Shown here piece after piece: positions 1 to 13,337 of a stretch of 64,000 nucleotides of DNA; position 1 is the stretch's first letter, and each line of letters starts with the position of its first letter. Origin of the DNA: the human T2T-CHM13v2.0 reference genome, Homo sapiens; NCBI RefSeq assembly GCF_009914755.1, contig NC_060926.1; one strand, 5' to 3'. The position numbers and the translations under genes are program-made. Under the pieces are notes generated by a model. It was not told where the DNA came from. It was given only the letters and a program-made list of their open reading frames with translations, and made no database searches.

Positions 1-166
1 GTGCCCAGGGAGCACGAAGTTCCTGCCCTGTCAACTCAGAAGGGGATGGCACTTCTGCCTGTTCCCAGATCCTGCCAGCTCCATGGAGTGCACAGCCCTG
101 GCATGCCTTCCCCACTGCAGCCGGTGTCATGCAGTGGCCGCTGTAGATTAACCACCACTGCCATGA
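1..166 (-). mobile_element. 5' end of an ERV1-class LTR, MER52-like; runs off the window edge
   Basis: GC-rich block. Its reverse complement begins TCATGGCAGTGGTGG...GGCTGCAGTGGGGAAGGCATGCCAGGGCTGTGCACTCCATGGAGCTGGCAGG, resembling the recalled MER52 LTR start. Composition switches abruptly to AT-rich at ~167. Confidence 0.65.
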
Positions 167-169
167 CTA

Positions 170-1200
170 GTTTTAATATCCATTGATGATTCTCACTTTC
201 ATTGATTACTACCAAGATGGTTGTTATGATAATTTTTAAATTCCATCATTTATTTTTATTAATTTATTTTCTACCAAAAGGAATAGCTTTTCCTTCATCC
301 TAATTTTCATTTATATCAGTGGATTAATGTATTTCTATTTTGTACAATAGGTTATTCTTATTGTCATTATTTATTTGAATGTTCAAATTGTCACATTCTT
401 GGCCAATGGAAATTTTTTCAAGTAGGCCACAGTTGCCCTTTTGACATGGACCATAATTCTTTGAGCACTCTCCCAACTTTCAGCACAGAATGTTGCAGGG
501 TCCTCTTGTACTTTCCTTGGCTTAGCACTGGAGTCAGCCATTTCTTCAAGAAACTCTGGTTCCTTTCAGTACAGAATGGTATTAGAGATCAAGATTAGGG
601 TTCTATCTGTAACCATCACCACAGGGGAGTCGTTGCTTCTAGGCATTGTTAATATTAATAAACAAAGCCAGAAATAGAAAGATAACTGTGTATTACACTC
701 ACTCACCTGTCTCTATTTAGCTAACTAGCTATATTAAAAACAGTTGATACACACTGGTTTCTCTGCTTCCATTCCAACATAGCAGGATAATTGTATTTTC
801 TCCCTTTTTATACTTATAACTGTCCTCTCTACTAGTGACAAACAGCTCCCATTATTTATAATATATTCACTTACATGTTTAATCTTACAATGTACAGAAA
901 GTAGGGTCAGTGTTACTAACCTAGACATCTAAGAAAGAGGCCTACTCAGTAGCATTCAGTATTTATTTAGGGTTCTTTTTGTCTTTAGCTGGAAAACATA
1001 TAGTCCAACTATGGTTAGATCTTCTCCCATTACTTCTTAGTGTTATTTATTCAAAATATTATTTATTTAAAGGATACTGGGTCATTTGTTTCTGTTTCTG
1101 TTCAATTTTAGAATTTTTCACCTTCCTTTTTGTTTTATTATTTTCTTTTTTGTGTCTGTGAAATACTAATATTCTAAAAGTGAGATCTATATTAAATTTC
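170..1200 (-). mobile_element. Old L1 (L1MC/L1MD-type) 3' region, degraded
   Basis: GGAGTCAGCCATTTCTTCAAGAAACTCTGGTTCCTTTCAGTACAGAATGGTATTAGAGATCAAGAT (530-596) resembles antisense L1MC/MD 3' UTR sequence. Boundaries approximate. Confidence 0.55.
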
Positions 1201-2048
1201 ACTTTCAACTAAATTATTTCCTTTCTTGTGTTGTCGTTTAGTTGATTTCTTTATATATTCATGTATTTTTAAGCAGATAATTTAATTCATTTAGGCATAT
1301 TCATTTTTATTGATGAAACGTTTGAGGTTATAGGGTTTCCTTTTATCACTATTTTATGTGCCACAGATTCTCATATAAATAGAGATAGATAGTATGTATA
1401 CTTTAATATACACATATGTGTATGTTTTTATTATTCCTTGTTTAGAAATTCTTTAAATTTGTTTTGTATTTTCATATTCACCCAACTTGTTTAATAAAAG
1501 TTATTTTTGATTATTTATTCCAATCGTATGACCTTTTACCTTTTTTATTTTAAAATAATCTGTTTTTTGTTATTAGAGATTAAATTGTAATATTTATAAT
1601 TATGAAATGTACTTATGTAACTTAGTATATGATTACATTTTAAGAATGCCCAATGAATGTTTGAGAAGAAGATGTATTCACTATTACTTGAGTGTAAAGT
1701 TCTGTGTGTATAATATCTACCTTACTGATTAGGTTTTGCAGGACTTCTATATCCTGTTCTGTGTGCACTTGATTGATCTTATATCAATTCTGATATATTA
1801 ACATCTCCTAGGCTTGTATGTTTCTATCTGTGTCTTTTTGATTCTCCTTAATTTTTTGCTTTATAAAAGTGTCTACTATGTTATTTTGGTGCATAGATAT
1901 TGATAGTTGTCATGCCTATTTTGTGAATTCAGGCTTTTAACATTGAAAAGAATAATTTTTCCCATATTTAATGCTTCTTAGCAAAGTTTAATATTAACTT
2001 TGTTTGATACCAATATTGCCTTTGCTCTGTTATTATTCCCAGAAGCCT

Positions 2049-2049
<1 letters not shown>

Positions 2050-2087
<38 letters not shown>
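2050..2087. repeat. (TG)n microsatellite
   Basis: Pure GT dinucleotide run read directly. Confidence 0.97.
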
Positions 2088-2089
<2 letters not shown>

Positions 2090-2712
2090 CCAAGTCTTTC
2101 TATTTAGCCTTTCTGAATTATTTTGCATATGTTTTGGATGCAGAACATATTGGGTTTTACTTTGTGAGTCAAATTGAAAATAATTTCCTTCTAATGGTTG
2201 TGTTAATCTTATCCATTCACATTAATTGACGTGCTAAATGTCTAATGTCAGCTCTGTTATTTTATGTAATAATTATCATGTGTACTGTGTTATATTTGCT
2301 GTGTTTCTCTATACAAAGTAGAGTATTGACCTCTTTTATTCTATTTTGTAATTTCTTTTGGTGTTTAGGAAAGACTGTGCTTTTGTTCTAGCAGTCAATT
2401 TTTAATTCTTTTTACATTTTCTTATTCTTTTGCTTTTGTTTTAACATGTTTCTGTGTTGTTTGCATTTTGAATGACATATTTTAACACAAACTATTACCT
2501 ACACAGCAACTTCCCTATTTTCTCTCTTCTGTCAATTTCAGTTCTGTTATTTCTACTTTGTCAGAACATATAACACACACTATGTAGCATATAACATAAA
2601 ATATTATTACTCCACTCTCAACTTTATCTTTGTTTTAGTCTTAGATTTACAATTACATATACTAAAAGCTTACCATTTGTAATACTGCTGAAATTTCTCA
2701 ATTCATTTCTTT

Positions 2713-3825
<1,113 letters not shown>

Positions 3826-3940
3826 TAGCATTGATCCTTGACTGACCACTTAACTGGCTATAAAATTTTTCATTCATACCATCTTCCCTTGAATTATTTG
3901 AAAATGCTACTCCTCTCTACCTTATTTTGCTTTGTTTTTG

Positions 3941-4457
3941 TATTTGGCAATAAAGATAAAGTTTAATACACATGAAGCTGGCCATACCACAGTGAGATAG
4001 AGTTATTACTCAAACAACCTCTCTGAGACTTTAGGGGCTAGGGTTTTTCAAAGATAGTTTGGGTGAGCGGTGGGGGTGGTTAGGCTTGCAGCCTAGGGTT
4101 GCTTGCAGCTGATTGGCTAGGGGTACAGTCATAGGGTTGTAGAAAATTGTCCTTCTGCACACTCAGTCATTTCTGGTGGGGCCACAGGAGTGGTTAGTGG
4201 GCCCAGGTGGAGCCAATGGTCGTCAGACATGGAAAAAACCTGAAAAGATATCTTAAAGGGCCAAGCTTAGCTTCTGCAATAGTGATGTTATCTGCAGGAG
4301 TAATAGGGGAAGTTGCATAGCCTGGGACCTCCAGAATAATGGCTGGCAATTGCTTATGTCTACACCTTAGCAGAATTCAGGCCCCTCTATCCTCCTAGCC
4401 TGGTGGTCTCTCATTTGCTTTAGAAGTGTAGTTGAATTTGGGGGAAGGACTGATATC
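3941..4457 (-). mobile_element. LTR8-family (ERV1) LTR fragment lacking its 5' start and U5
   Basis: Motifs CCTTAGCAGAATTCAGGCCCCTCT, GGTGGGGCCACAGG, GCTGATTGG and GAGTTATTACTCAA match antisense LTR8A/B as recalled. Minus-strand ATTAAA at 3967-3962. Confidence 0.72.
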
Positions 4458-4837
4458 TTTTTCTTCCATTCTTTTAAACTTTTATTTTAAGTTCAGGGGT
4501 GTAAGTGCAGGTTTGTTACATAGGTATACTTGTGTCATAGGGGTTTGTTTCATCACCCAGTTATTAAGCCTAGTATTCATTAGTTGTTTTTCCTGATCCT
4601 CTCTCCACTCCCACCCTTTACCCTCCCAAAATCCCCGGTGTGTATTGTTCCCCTCTATGTGTCCATGTGTTCTCATCATTTAGCTCCCACTTATAAGTGA
4701 GAACATGTGGTATTTGGTTTTCTGTTCCTGTGTTAGTTTACTAACTAAGGATAATGGCCTCCAGCTCCATCCATGTCCCTGCAGAGGACATGATCTCATT
4801 CTTTTTTGTGGCTGCATAGTATTCCATGGGGTATATG
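4458..4837 (-). mobile_element. 3' end of a middle-aged L1PA (about L1PA10-13), 5'-truncated
   Basis: TTTTAAGTTCAGGGG...CATCACCCAGTTATTAAGCCTAG...GTTCTCATCATTTAGCTCCCACTTATAAGTGAGAACATG is antisense L1PA 3' UTR. Confidence 0.88.
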
Positions 4838-6047
4838 GAGTACCTTATTTTGTATGTAGCGTTTTGGAAGTCTGATGCCAACTATTTTTCTTGTCATTGT
4901 TTTTATTTATTTATTTATTGGCTAAAGTCTGCATATTTTTCTTCTTCATCTGTAAAAATTTGGTATTTTTACTTTAACATCATTTTGAACTGATTATTAC
5001 TAATCAATTTTCTCTGCTACTCATTGAGCCCTTTCAGCATTTAGATTCAGGACTTCTTTTATTTCTGAAAGGCTATTTGAATTGTCCTTTAAAAATTAAT
5101 TCTTTTCCATTATTTTACTTATATTCCTTGGAGACTCCAGTTGTAGTAAATTGGATCTTCTTTGCCTATCTTCCATTTTAAGCACTTTCTTTCTGAGCCT
5201 TTTTGTTTATTTTATTTTTATTTTCTTTGTTGTTTTTCTATTTTTTAAATGAACATTGTTATACTTTTATTTGAATATATTCTTTCTTGGGTATCTCGTA
5301 ATTTACTTTTTCTGATATGATTTTGTCTTTTTAAATCCTTTTTTTTCTCTTTTTAGTGTTTGAATTTATGGTTTAAGTTTTTTGTTCTGTTTTGCTTTGT
5401 TTTTGCTCCATACCTCAAAGTGTTTGTTCATTAATTTAGTTTGGAGTATTGTGTTAAAGTTTTCTTCTTTTTCACTGTTACTTTTTGGGGGTTGCAGAAG
5501 GAGGATTGTATCAGCTGAATTGTTTATATTCTCATTCTCTGATTTCTTTTTGTAGTTTTTAATAAACAAAGACTCTTTGCACTTCTACATTTTAATGGTC
5601 TAGGTTGGTGATTTGTAGTAGTTTCTTTTTTTTTTTTAAATCATGGCTAAAAAATGTCCTATGTAGTCAGTGTGAAAAAAGCATAGTTTCATTACAAAGT
5701 GCATTTTTTTTTAGGGGAAGATTTTATAAGGGACTAAGTTATTAGTCTTCCAATTGTATTGTATTGTCTCTTATCTTGCTCAATCTAAATTTCTCTCTCG
5801 CTTCTTTTTCACTTCACCATATAATTTCCAAAGGGCACTTATTTCTTGCTTTTGATTCTCTTCTTGAAGACTGATGCCAACCTCTTGAAGACTGATTCCT
5901 TGCATACTGTATGCATATTCTTTCCCTGTGATCACTGCTCTGATCTACATTGTTGCAGTATTTTCACACACACAGGGAAGATGTTTTCTGAAATATTTTT
6001 AAACAAAACAATAACACCTTGTGGGAGGTGTTATTTAATCCAATTTA

Positions 6048-6141
6048 AATATGTACATATTTATATATAGTCTGTGTATATATTATATATATCTTTTGTG
6101 TATATATTTATATATATATAGTTTGTGTATATATTTGTGTC

Positions 6142-6197
<56 letters not shown>

Positions 6198-6210
6198 AAT
6201 ATATACACAA
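6048..6210. repeat. (TA)n/(TG)n/(CA)n compound low-complexity tract
   Basis: Read directly. It produces the spurious YIYIYI ORFs. Confidence 0.92.
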
Positions 6211-6253
6211 ACATGTAATAAGTGTACCAAAACCTATCAGCTGGAAGTTTTCT

Positions 6254-6439
6254 TTTTCTTTTTCTTTTTCTTTTTTTTTTGAGACAGAGTCTCTCTCTGT
6301 TGCCCAGACTGAAGTGCAGTGGCACGATCTTGAATTACTGCAACCTCTATCTCCTGGGTTCGTGGGTCCAAGTGATTCTCCTGCTTCAGCCTCCCAAGTA
6401 GCTGGGATTACAGACGTGCATCACCATGCCCAGCTAATT
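6254..6439 (-). mobile_element. 5'-truncated Alu (right monomer only)
   Basis: Poly-T/(CTTTTT)n tail followed by GAGACAGAGTCTC...CCCAGCTAATT. Perfect 17-bp TSD TCAGCTGGAAGTTTTCT at 6237-6253 and 6440-6456. Confidence 0.93.
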
Positions 6440-6495
6440 TCAGCTGGAAGTTTTCTAAACCTTGGATACCAAATTAAACTTGACCCGGATATATA

Positions 6496-6575
6496 TTAGT
6501 TTGGTGCAAAAGTTATTGTGGTTTTTGCATTAAAAGTAATGGGAAAAACTGCAGTTACTTTTGCCCCAACCCCAA
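6496..6575. mobile_element. MADE1 MITE (Hsmar1-derived)
   Basis: ~80-bp quasi-palindrome TTAGTTTGGTGCAAAAGTTATTGTGGTTTTTGC-ATTAAAAGTAAT-GGGAAAAACTGCAGTTACTTTTGCCCCAACC, preceded by TA. Confidence 0.9.
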
Positions 6576-6596
6576 AATTTTATCCCATGAAGAAGT

Positions 6597-6609
6597 AAAA
6601 ACAAAAACA

Positions 6610-6645
<36 letters not shown>

Positions 6646-6648
6646 AAA
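6597..6648. repeat. (CAA)n microsatellite
   Basis: Read directly. Confidence 0.95.
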
Positions 6649-8643
6649 CTCCTTACCTCTATTTTATACATGTTTGAGGCTTCATATTCTTTTCTGTGCC
6701 CAAACAAAATTTCTTTATTTGTTTTCCCCCTATCTCATCATAGGAAAAATATTATCCTTTGGAAGAGATTCTACAAGAAATAAAGATAGTTCAATGTTTC
6801 CTAAGATTGAAACTTTGGCGAAGATTTGAACATACTAAGTGAATGATGTCTTCACACTTTCTTTTCCTTATTTCTGTGCTTCTCATTCCTGATTTGTGTT
6901 ACAGAGTCTAAAAATCCTCTCATTCTAGTACAGAGAGCAATGCAACTCTCCTAAGAGTCTCCTGCAAATTTATCTACCCAAGCTAAAGTGCTCAGCAGTA
7001 AAAAAATTCCACCTTTGTTAGAGGGAAGTTTTGATGAAATATAGCACATTTTTACTTTGTTAGTATAGTGGGTTAAAAAAGGTTTTATGGTCTATATATT
7101 GGTTGTTAACAGAAGAATCTCTTGAGGACAGTGAGCTAACATAAAAGAATGAATTTTCAAATCAGACTTATAAGAATCTGAGATCTTACCTAATATTCAA
7201 GCTTTACTAAATAATGTCAAAAAAACTCATGCAAAGTAGAGTGAGGACTCTGGTACACCAAAGGTCACATATCAGATCCTGTATTTTCACCTTAGTCATG
7301 CAGTTCTGGCCAAGGATACTAGATCAGATCTCTATATGACAACCTTGAGATCACCTCATGCAGTGGGAACATTTAAATTATGAAACACCCTCATTTAATA
7401 AATCTAACACCAGTATAGCCTATTTCACATTTTCCAGGGAGAAGAGCCTGATATATCCTGGTTTCTATAGTTTACCCTTAGTTAGGACATCTTGTGAAGT
7501 GCATTTCAGAGATTAAGTCTCTTCTTTCTAGCAAATATCTATAGTCCATTTAACCAAATATCTCATTAGCAAGGAGGTAGAATGGGGTCAGCTGCCAACA
7601 TTTTTCCCCAGGAGCACTCAACCCCCCAAAAGGAAATTAATCAATTTCAGGCAAGCTGCTTTAATTTCTTTCTTTCATTGATTTGCTGTGATTTTCTCTT
7701 TTGTATTTTTTTCTAAAACCGTGGGTATTAAATACATAATTGTCAGAAAAATTGATGTAATGGAAATGGGGAAAAAACTCAGTCATATATTGTGATGTTA
7801 GAACAATTCATTTACCTGGTTGCAGCTCTGGTCTATCTGTATATAAATAGCAGACTTCATGCCTTACGATTCAGTCACCTGAAGAACAGTGTAGTGGCCG
7901 AATTGCTTAGATAATTGATATTATATTTATGGTATCTGAGACAGAATGAAGATTTTTTATTAAATCCCTTTGAAGATTAGAAAATAATGTCAATAGTTTG
8001 TATATTTAATACTATATATGTTTATATATTCATATAACATATACACACTTATATGTTCATGTAATACACACAAGCATATGTATACATATACCATATAAGT
8101 CCCTTATTATTATTGTAGTAAATCAAAGTTCTATATCTATATACTGCTTAACTACACATAACTTCCTATTATTCTTCCCTGTTCTTTAGTCTCTAATTTT
8201 ATATAGAGTAAGAATTATATATTATTGTCTTATTTTCTGAGCAGAGGTGTGGTGGATTATTCCCCAAAGGTCTTGTTTTCTCTGTTTCTTTTATATTTCA
8301 TGTCAACATTTTCTTGTTGTTTTCCAATTTCTTCCATAAAAATGTAATACAAAGAATATCATAATAGCAATCTTTACATATGCATTATTTTCAATTTATA
8401 AAGGACTAAGAACTGTTTCTGTGTTCTAAATACTCTAAGTAATACATTTTCTAAGTAATAAAATAATTTTGAGAAATGCTATAAATGTCATGTTCATCTT
8501 TCCATTCATAAAATACTATTCTTTCTGCTACCGTGCTGTGGTTTCTCCCAATCAACAGAGTTGCTTATAGACACTCTCTGAAGTCACGTCCACCCCTGGA
8601 CAACTTGATAGATGGCTTTTAAGAAAGAAATGAAACATTATTT

Positions 8644-11600
8644 GGGGGAGGGTGGAACAATATGGAAGAATATAAAGCTTCATCCATCATCCCACCCACA
8701 AGAACACAAAATTAACAAGTATCTACACCAAAATTGCCTTCATCAGAACCAAAAATCAGGTGAGCATTCAGAGTACCTGCTTTTAACTTCATACTGAAAG
8801 AGGCACTGAAAAGGATAGAAAAGACAGTCTTGAATTGCCATTGCCACCCCTCCTTCATCCCCTGGCAGAGGCCACATGGGATGGAGAGAAAATTTTTGCA
8901 CTTAAGAGAGGGAGAGTTCAACAATTGTGAGGCATTGCATTGAACTCAGTGCTGCCCTGTCATAGCACAAAGCAAAACTGGACTGAACTCAGCTGATATC
9001 TGCCCTTGGAGGAAGTGTTTAAACCAGCCCTAGCCAGAGAGGAATTGCCCATCCCAGTGGTTGGAATTTGAGTTCTAGCAAGCCTTAACACTGTGGGCGG
9101 AAGTGCTCTGGGGCCCTAAATAAACTTGAAAGGTAGGCTAGAAAACCAGGACTGCAGCACCTAGGCAATTCCTAGTGCTGAGCTGGGCTCAGAGCCACTG
9201 CACTTTGGTGGCACATTGACCTACTGAGACACCAGTCAGGGTGGTAAGCGAGTGCTTATGCAGCCCCTCCCCCAGCCCCAGGCTGCACAGCTTGTGCCCC
9301 AAAAGAGACCCCTTCCATCTACTTGAGGAGAGCAGAGGGAATAATAAAGAGAACTTTGTCTTGCATCTTAAATACCAGCTCTGCCAGAGTAGGATAGGGC
9401 ACCGTAAGAGTTGTGAGACCTCCTTTCCAGGCCCTAGCTCCTGGATGACGTTTCTAGATATACCCTGGGCCAGAAGGGAACCTGTTGCCCTGAAGGGAAA
9501 GACCCAGTCCTGGCAGGATCCATCACCTGTTGATTAAAAAGCTCTTGGGCCCTGAATAATCAGCAGCAATATCCAGGTTGTATGCCATTGGCCTTGGATG
9601 ACACCCTGAGACTTTCTGGCTTCAGCTGAGACTCAGCACATTCCAAGATGTGGTAACTATGGGGAGAGACTCTTGCTTGAGAAAGCAGAGGGAAACGTAA
9701 AGGGGACTTTGTCTTTCACCTTAGATATCACCTCATCCCTGGGGGTTAGAGCACCAAGCAGGCTGTCCTGAATATTCTTGGGAATGATCAATGAGTTAAT
9801 GAAGTGATTAAGAAGAAAATTTAAAATTTTCTTGAAACAAATGATAATGAAAACACATCATACTAAAATGTGTGGGATACAGCCAAAGCAGTACTAAGAG
9901 GCAAGTTTATAGCTTTAAGTGCCTACATCAAAAAAAGAAGAAAAACTTCAAACAAATAACCTAACCTAGTTCTTAAAGAATTAGAAAAGCAAGAGCAAAC
10001 CAAATGCAAAATTAGCAGAAAAGAAATAATAAAAATCAGAGCAGAAATAAATGAATTTGAAATGAAGAAAGGAATACAAAAGATCAATGGAACAAAAAGA
10101 CAGTTTTTTGAAAAGTTAAAATTGACATACTTTGAGCCAGACTAAGTAAAAAAGAGAGAAGATGCAAATAAATAAAATCTGAAATGAAAAAGAAGACACT
10201 ATAACTGATACCATAGAAATTGAAAGGATTATTAGCAGCCACTACAAGCAATTATAAGCCAATAAATTTGAAAACCTAGAAAAAAATGGATAAATGGCTA
10301 GACACATACAACCTACCAAGATTGAACCATGAAGAAATCCAAAACCTAAACAGACCAATAACAAGTATTGAGATCATAGTTGTAATAAAAACTCTCCCAG
10401 CAAAGAAAGTCCAGGACTCAATGCCTTCACTGATAAATTCTACAAAACTTTAAAAAAAAGAAATAATCCAAATCTTACTCAAACTATTTCCAAAAATATG
10501 TGAAGATGGAATACTTCCAAACTCATTCTGTGAGACCAGTATTACCCTGATACCAAAACCAGACAAAGATACATCAAAAAAGGAAAGTACAAGTCAATGT
10601 CACTGATGAATATTGATACAAAAATCCTCAACCAAATATTAGCAAATTGAATTAAACAATACCTTAAAAAGATTATTCCTCATGAACAAGTAGGATTTGT
10701 TCCAGGAATGCAAGGATGGTCTAACATACACAAATCAATCAATGTGATACATATCAACAGAATGATACTGAATGGAGGAAAACTGAAAGCTTTTCCTCTA
10801 AGATGAGGAACATGACAAGGATGCCTACTTTCACCGTTATTCAACATAGTGCTGGAAGTCCTAGTTAGAGCAATCAGACAAGAGAACGAAATAAAAAATA
10901 TCCAAATTGGAAAGGAAGAAGTTAAATTATCCTGGTTCACAGATGATATGATCTTATATTTGGAAATACCTAAAGACTTCACAAGAAAACTGTTAAAACT
11001 TATAAACAAATTCAGTAATGTTCCAGGATAAAAGATTAATATACAAAAATTGGTACCATTTCTATATGTCAAAAGTAAACAATCTGAAAAAAAAAACAAT
11101 TTAGCAATCCCATTTACATTAGGTACAAATAAAATAATATAACTAGGAATTAACTAAAAAAGTGAAAGATCTCTTAAATGAAAACTATAAAAAATTGATA
11201 CAAGAATTTGAAGAGAATGCCAAAAATGGAAAGATATTCCATGTTCAGGGATTGAAAGAATCAGTATTGTTAAAATGTCCATACTACCCAAAACAATCTA
11301 CAGATTCAATGCAATCTTTATAAAAATACCAATGATATTCTTCACAGAAATAGAAAAAACAGTCCTAATATTCATATGGAACCACAAAAGACCTAGAATA
11401 TCCAAAGCTATCCTAAGCAAAAAAGAACAAAACTGGAGGAATCGCATTACCTGACTTCAAATTATGCTCCAGAGCTTTGATTAATCATAACCAAAGCAGC
11501 ATGATACTGGCATAAAAGCAGGTACATAGACCAATGGAACAGAATAGAGAACCCAGAAACAAATCCACACACCTACAGTGAACTCACTTTTGACAAAAGT

Positions 11601-13040
11601 GCCGAGAACACACACCTGGGGGAAAAATATCTTTTCAATAAATGTTGCTGGAAAAGCAGGATATCCATATGCAGAAGAATGAAACTAGACCCTGTCTCTT
11701 GCCATACACAGAAATCAAATCAAAATGGATTAAAGACTTAAATATAAGACTTCAAACAATGAAACTACTACAAGAAAACATTGGTGAAAATCCCCAGGAC
11801 ATTGGTCTGGGCAAAGATTTCTTGAGCAATACCCTACAAGCAAAGGCAAGCGAAGCAAACATGGATAAACAGGAACACATCATGTTAAAAAGCTTCTACC
11901 CAGCAAAGGAAATAATCAAAGTAAACAGACAAGTCACAGAATGGGAGAAAATACTTGCAAACTACACATCTGATAAGGTATTAGTAACTAGAATATATAA
12001 GGAGCTCAAACAACTCTATAAAAAATTCTAATACTCTGATTTAAAAAATGGGCAAAATACCTGAATAGACATTTCTCAAAAGGAGACATACAGATGGCAA
12101 ACAGGTATATGAAAAGGTGCTCAGCATCATTGATCTTCACAGAAGTGCAAATCAATGCTACAATGAGATATCATGTCACCCCAGTTAAAATGGCTTTTAT
12201 CCAAAAGTCAGGTAATAACAAACACTGGTAAGGATGTGGAGAAAAGGAACCCTCCTCATACGCTGTTGGTGGTAATGTAAATTAATACAACCGCTATAGA
12301 GAACAGTTTGGAGGTTCCTCAAAAAACTAAAAATAGAGCTATCATAAGATCTAGCAATCCCATGCCTAGGTATATACTCCAAAGAAAGGAAATCAGTGTA
12401 TAGAGGAGATACCTGCACTTCCATGTTTATTGCAGCACTATTCATGATAGCCAAGATTTGGAAGCAACCTAAGTGCCCATCGACACTTAGGTTATCAACA
12501 GATGACTGGACAAAGAAAATGTGGTACATTTACAGAATGGAATATTATTCAGCTATTAAAAAAATGTCATCTTCTCACTTGCAACAACATGGATGAAACT
12601 GGAGGTCATTATGTTAAGTGAAGTATGCCAGGCACACAAAGACAAACTGCATGTTCTCACTTACTTGTGGAAGCTAAAAATTAAAACAATTGAACCTATG
12701 GAGATAGAGAGTAGGATGATTACCAGAGACTAGGAAGGGGGTAGTAGACGGGTGGCGGGGGGAAGTAGGAATGATTAATAGACACAAAATATAGAAAGAA
12801 TGAATAAGACCTAGTATTTGCTAACACAACAGGGTGACTATAATAAAAATTATTTAATTGTACACTGTAAAAGAACTGAAGGAGTATAATTGGATTGTTT
12901 ATAACACAAAGAATAAATGCTTGATGTGATGGATACCCTAATGTGATTATTACACATTGCATGCCTGTATTAAAATATCTCATGTAACCCATAAATATAT
13001 ACACCTATGTACCTACACAAATTAAAAAAGAAACAAAAAA
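8644..13040 (+). mobile_element. L1MA (about L1MA2/3) with 5' UTR and 3' end present but ORF1 deleted; ORF2 broken
   Basis: 5' UTR-like sequence at 8644-~9765. ORF2 remnants include [17 protein letters not shown] (RT FADD motif), IKSKWIKDLN and [25 protein letters not shown]1MA-type 3' UTR (GCTAACACAACAGGGTGACTATA, CCCATAAATATATACACC) and an A-rich tail. Confidence 0.9.
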
Positions 13041-13091
13041 ATCTTATTATTCCATATTGGTGAAATATAAGGAGAATTTAGTAGTTTAGAC

Positions 13092-13337
13092 TCCCTCCCT
13101 CCCTCCCTTCTTTCCTTTCTTCCTTCTCTCCTTCCCAACAGGGTCTCTCTGTTGCCCAGGCTGGAGTGAAATTGTACAAGCATAGCTGACTGCAGCCTTG
13201 AACTCCTGGGCTCAAGCAATCCTCCTGCCTCAGCCTCCCAAGTAGCTAGGACTACAGGCATGCACCATCATGCCTAGCTAAATTTTAAACATTTTCTAGA
13301 GATGAGGTCTACTATGTTGCCCAGGCTGATCTCAAAG
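13092..13337 (-). mobile_element. 5'-truncated AluJ-like element with tail converted to (CCCT)/(CTTT) repeats
   Basis: CAGGGTCTC...ATAGCTGACTGCAGCCTTGAACTCCTGGGCTCAAGCAATCCTCC is AluJ-type. Candidate TSD AGTTTAGAC at 13083-13091 and 13338-13346. Confidence 0.9.

Noticed and set aside
5862-5897. TCTTGAAGACTGAT repeated twice
   Set aside because: An ordinary short slippage duplication with only two units; not an array.
6083-6499. ORFs rich in YI/VC repeats (also 23241, 40613, 57492)
   Set aside because: Translations of microsatellites and Alu sequence.
7271-7364. ATCAGATC...TCATGCAGT occurring twice
   Set aside because: Only two short blocks with unequal spacing; cannot be distinguished from chance or an old micro-duplication.
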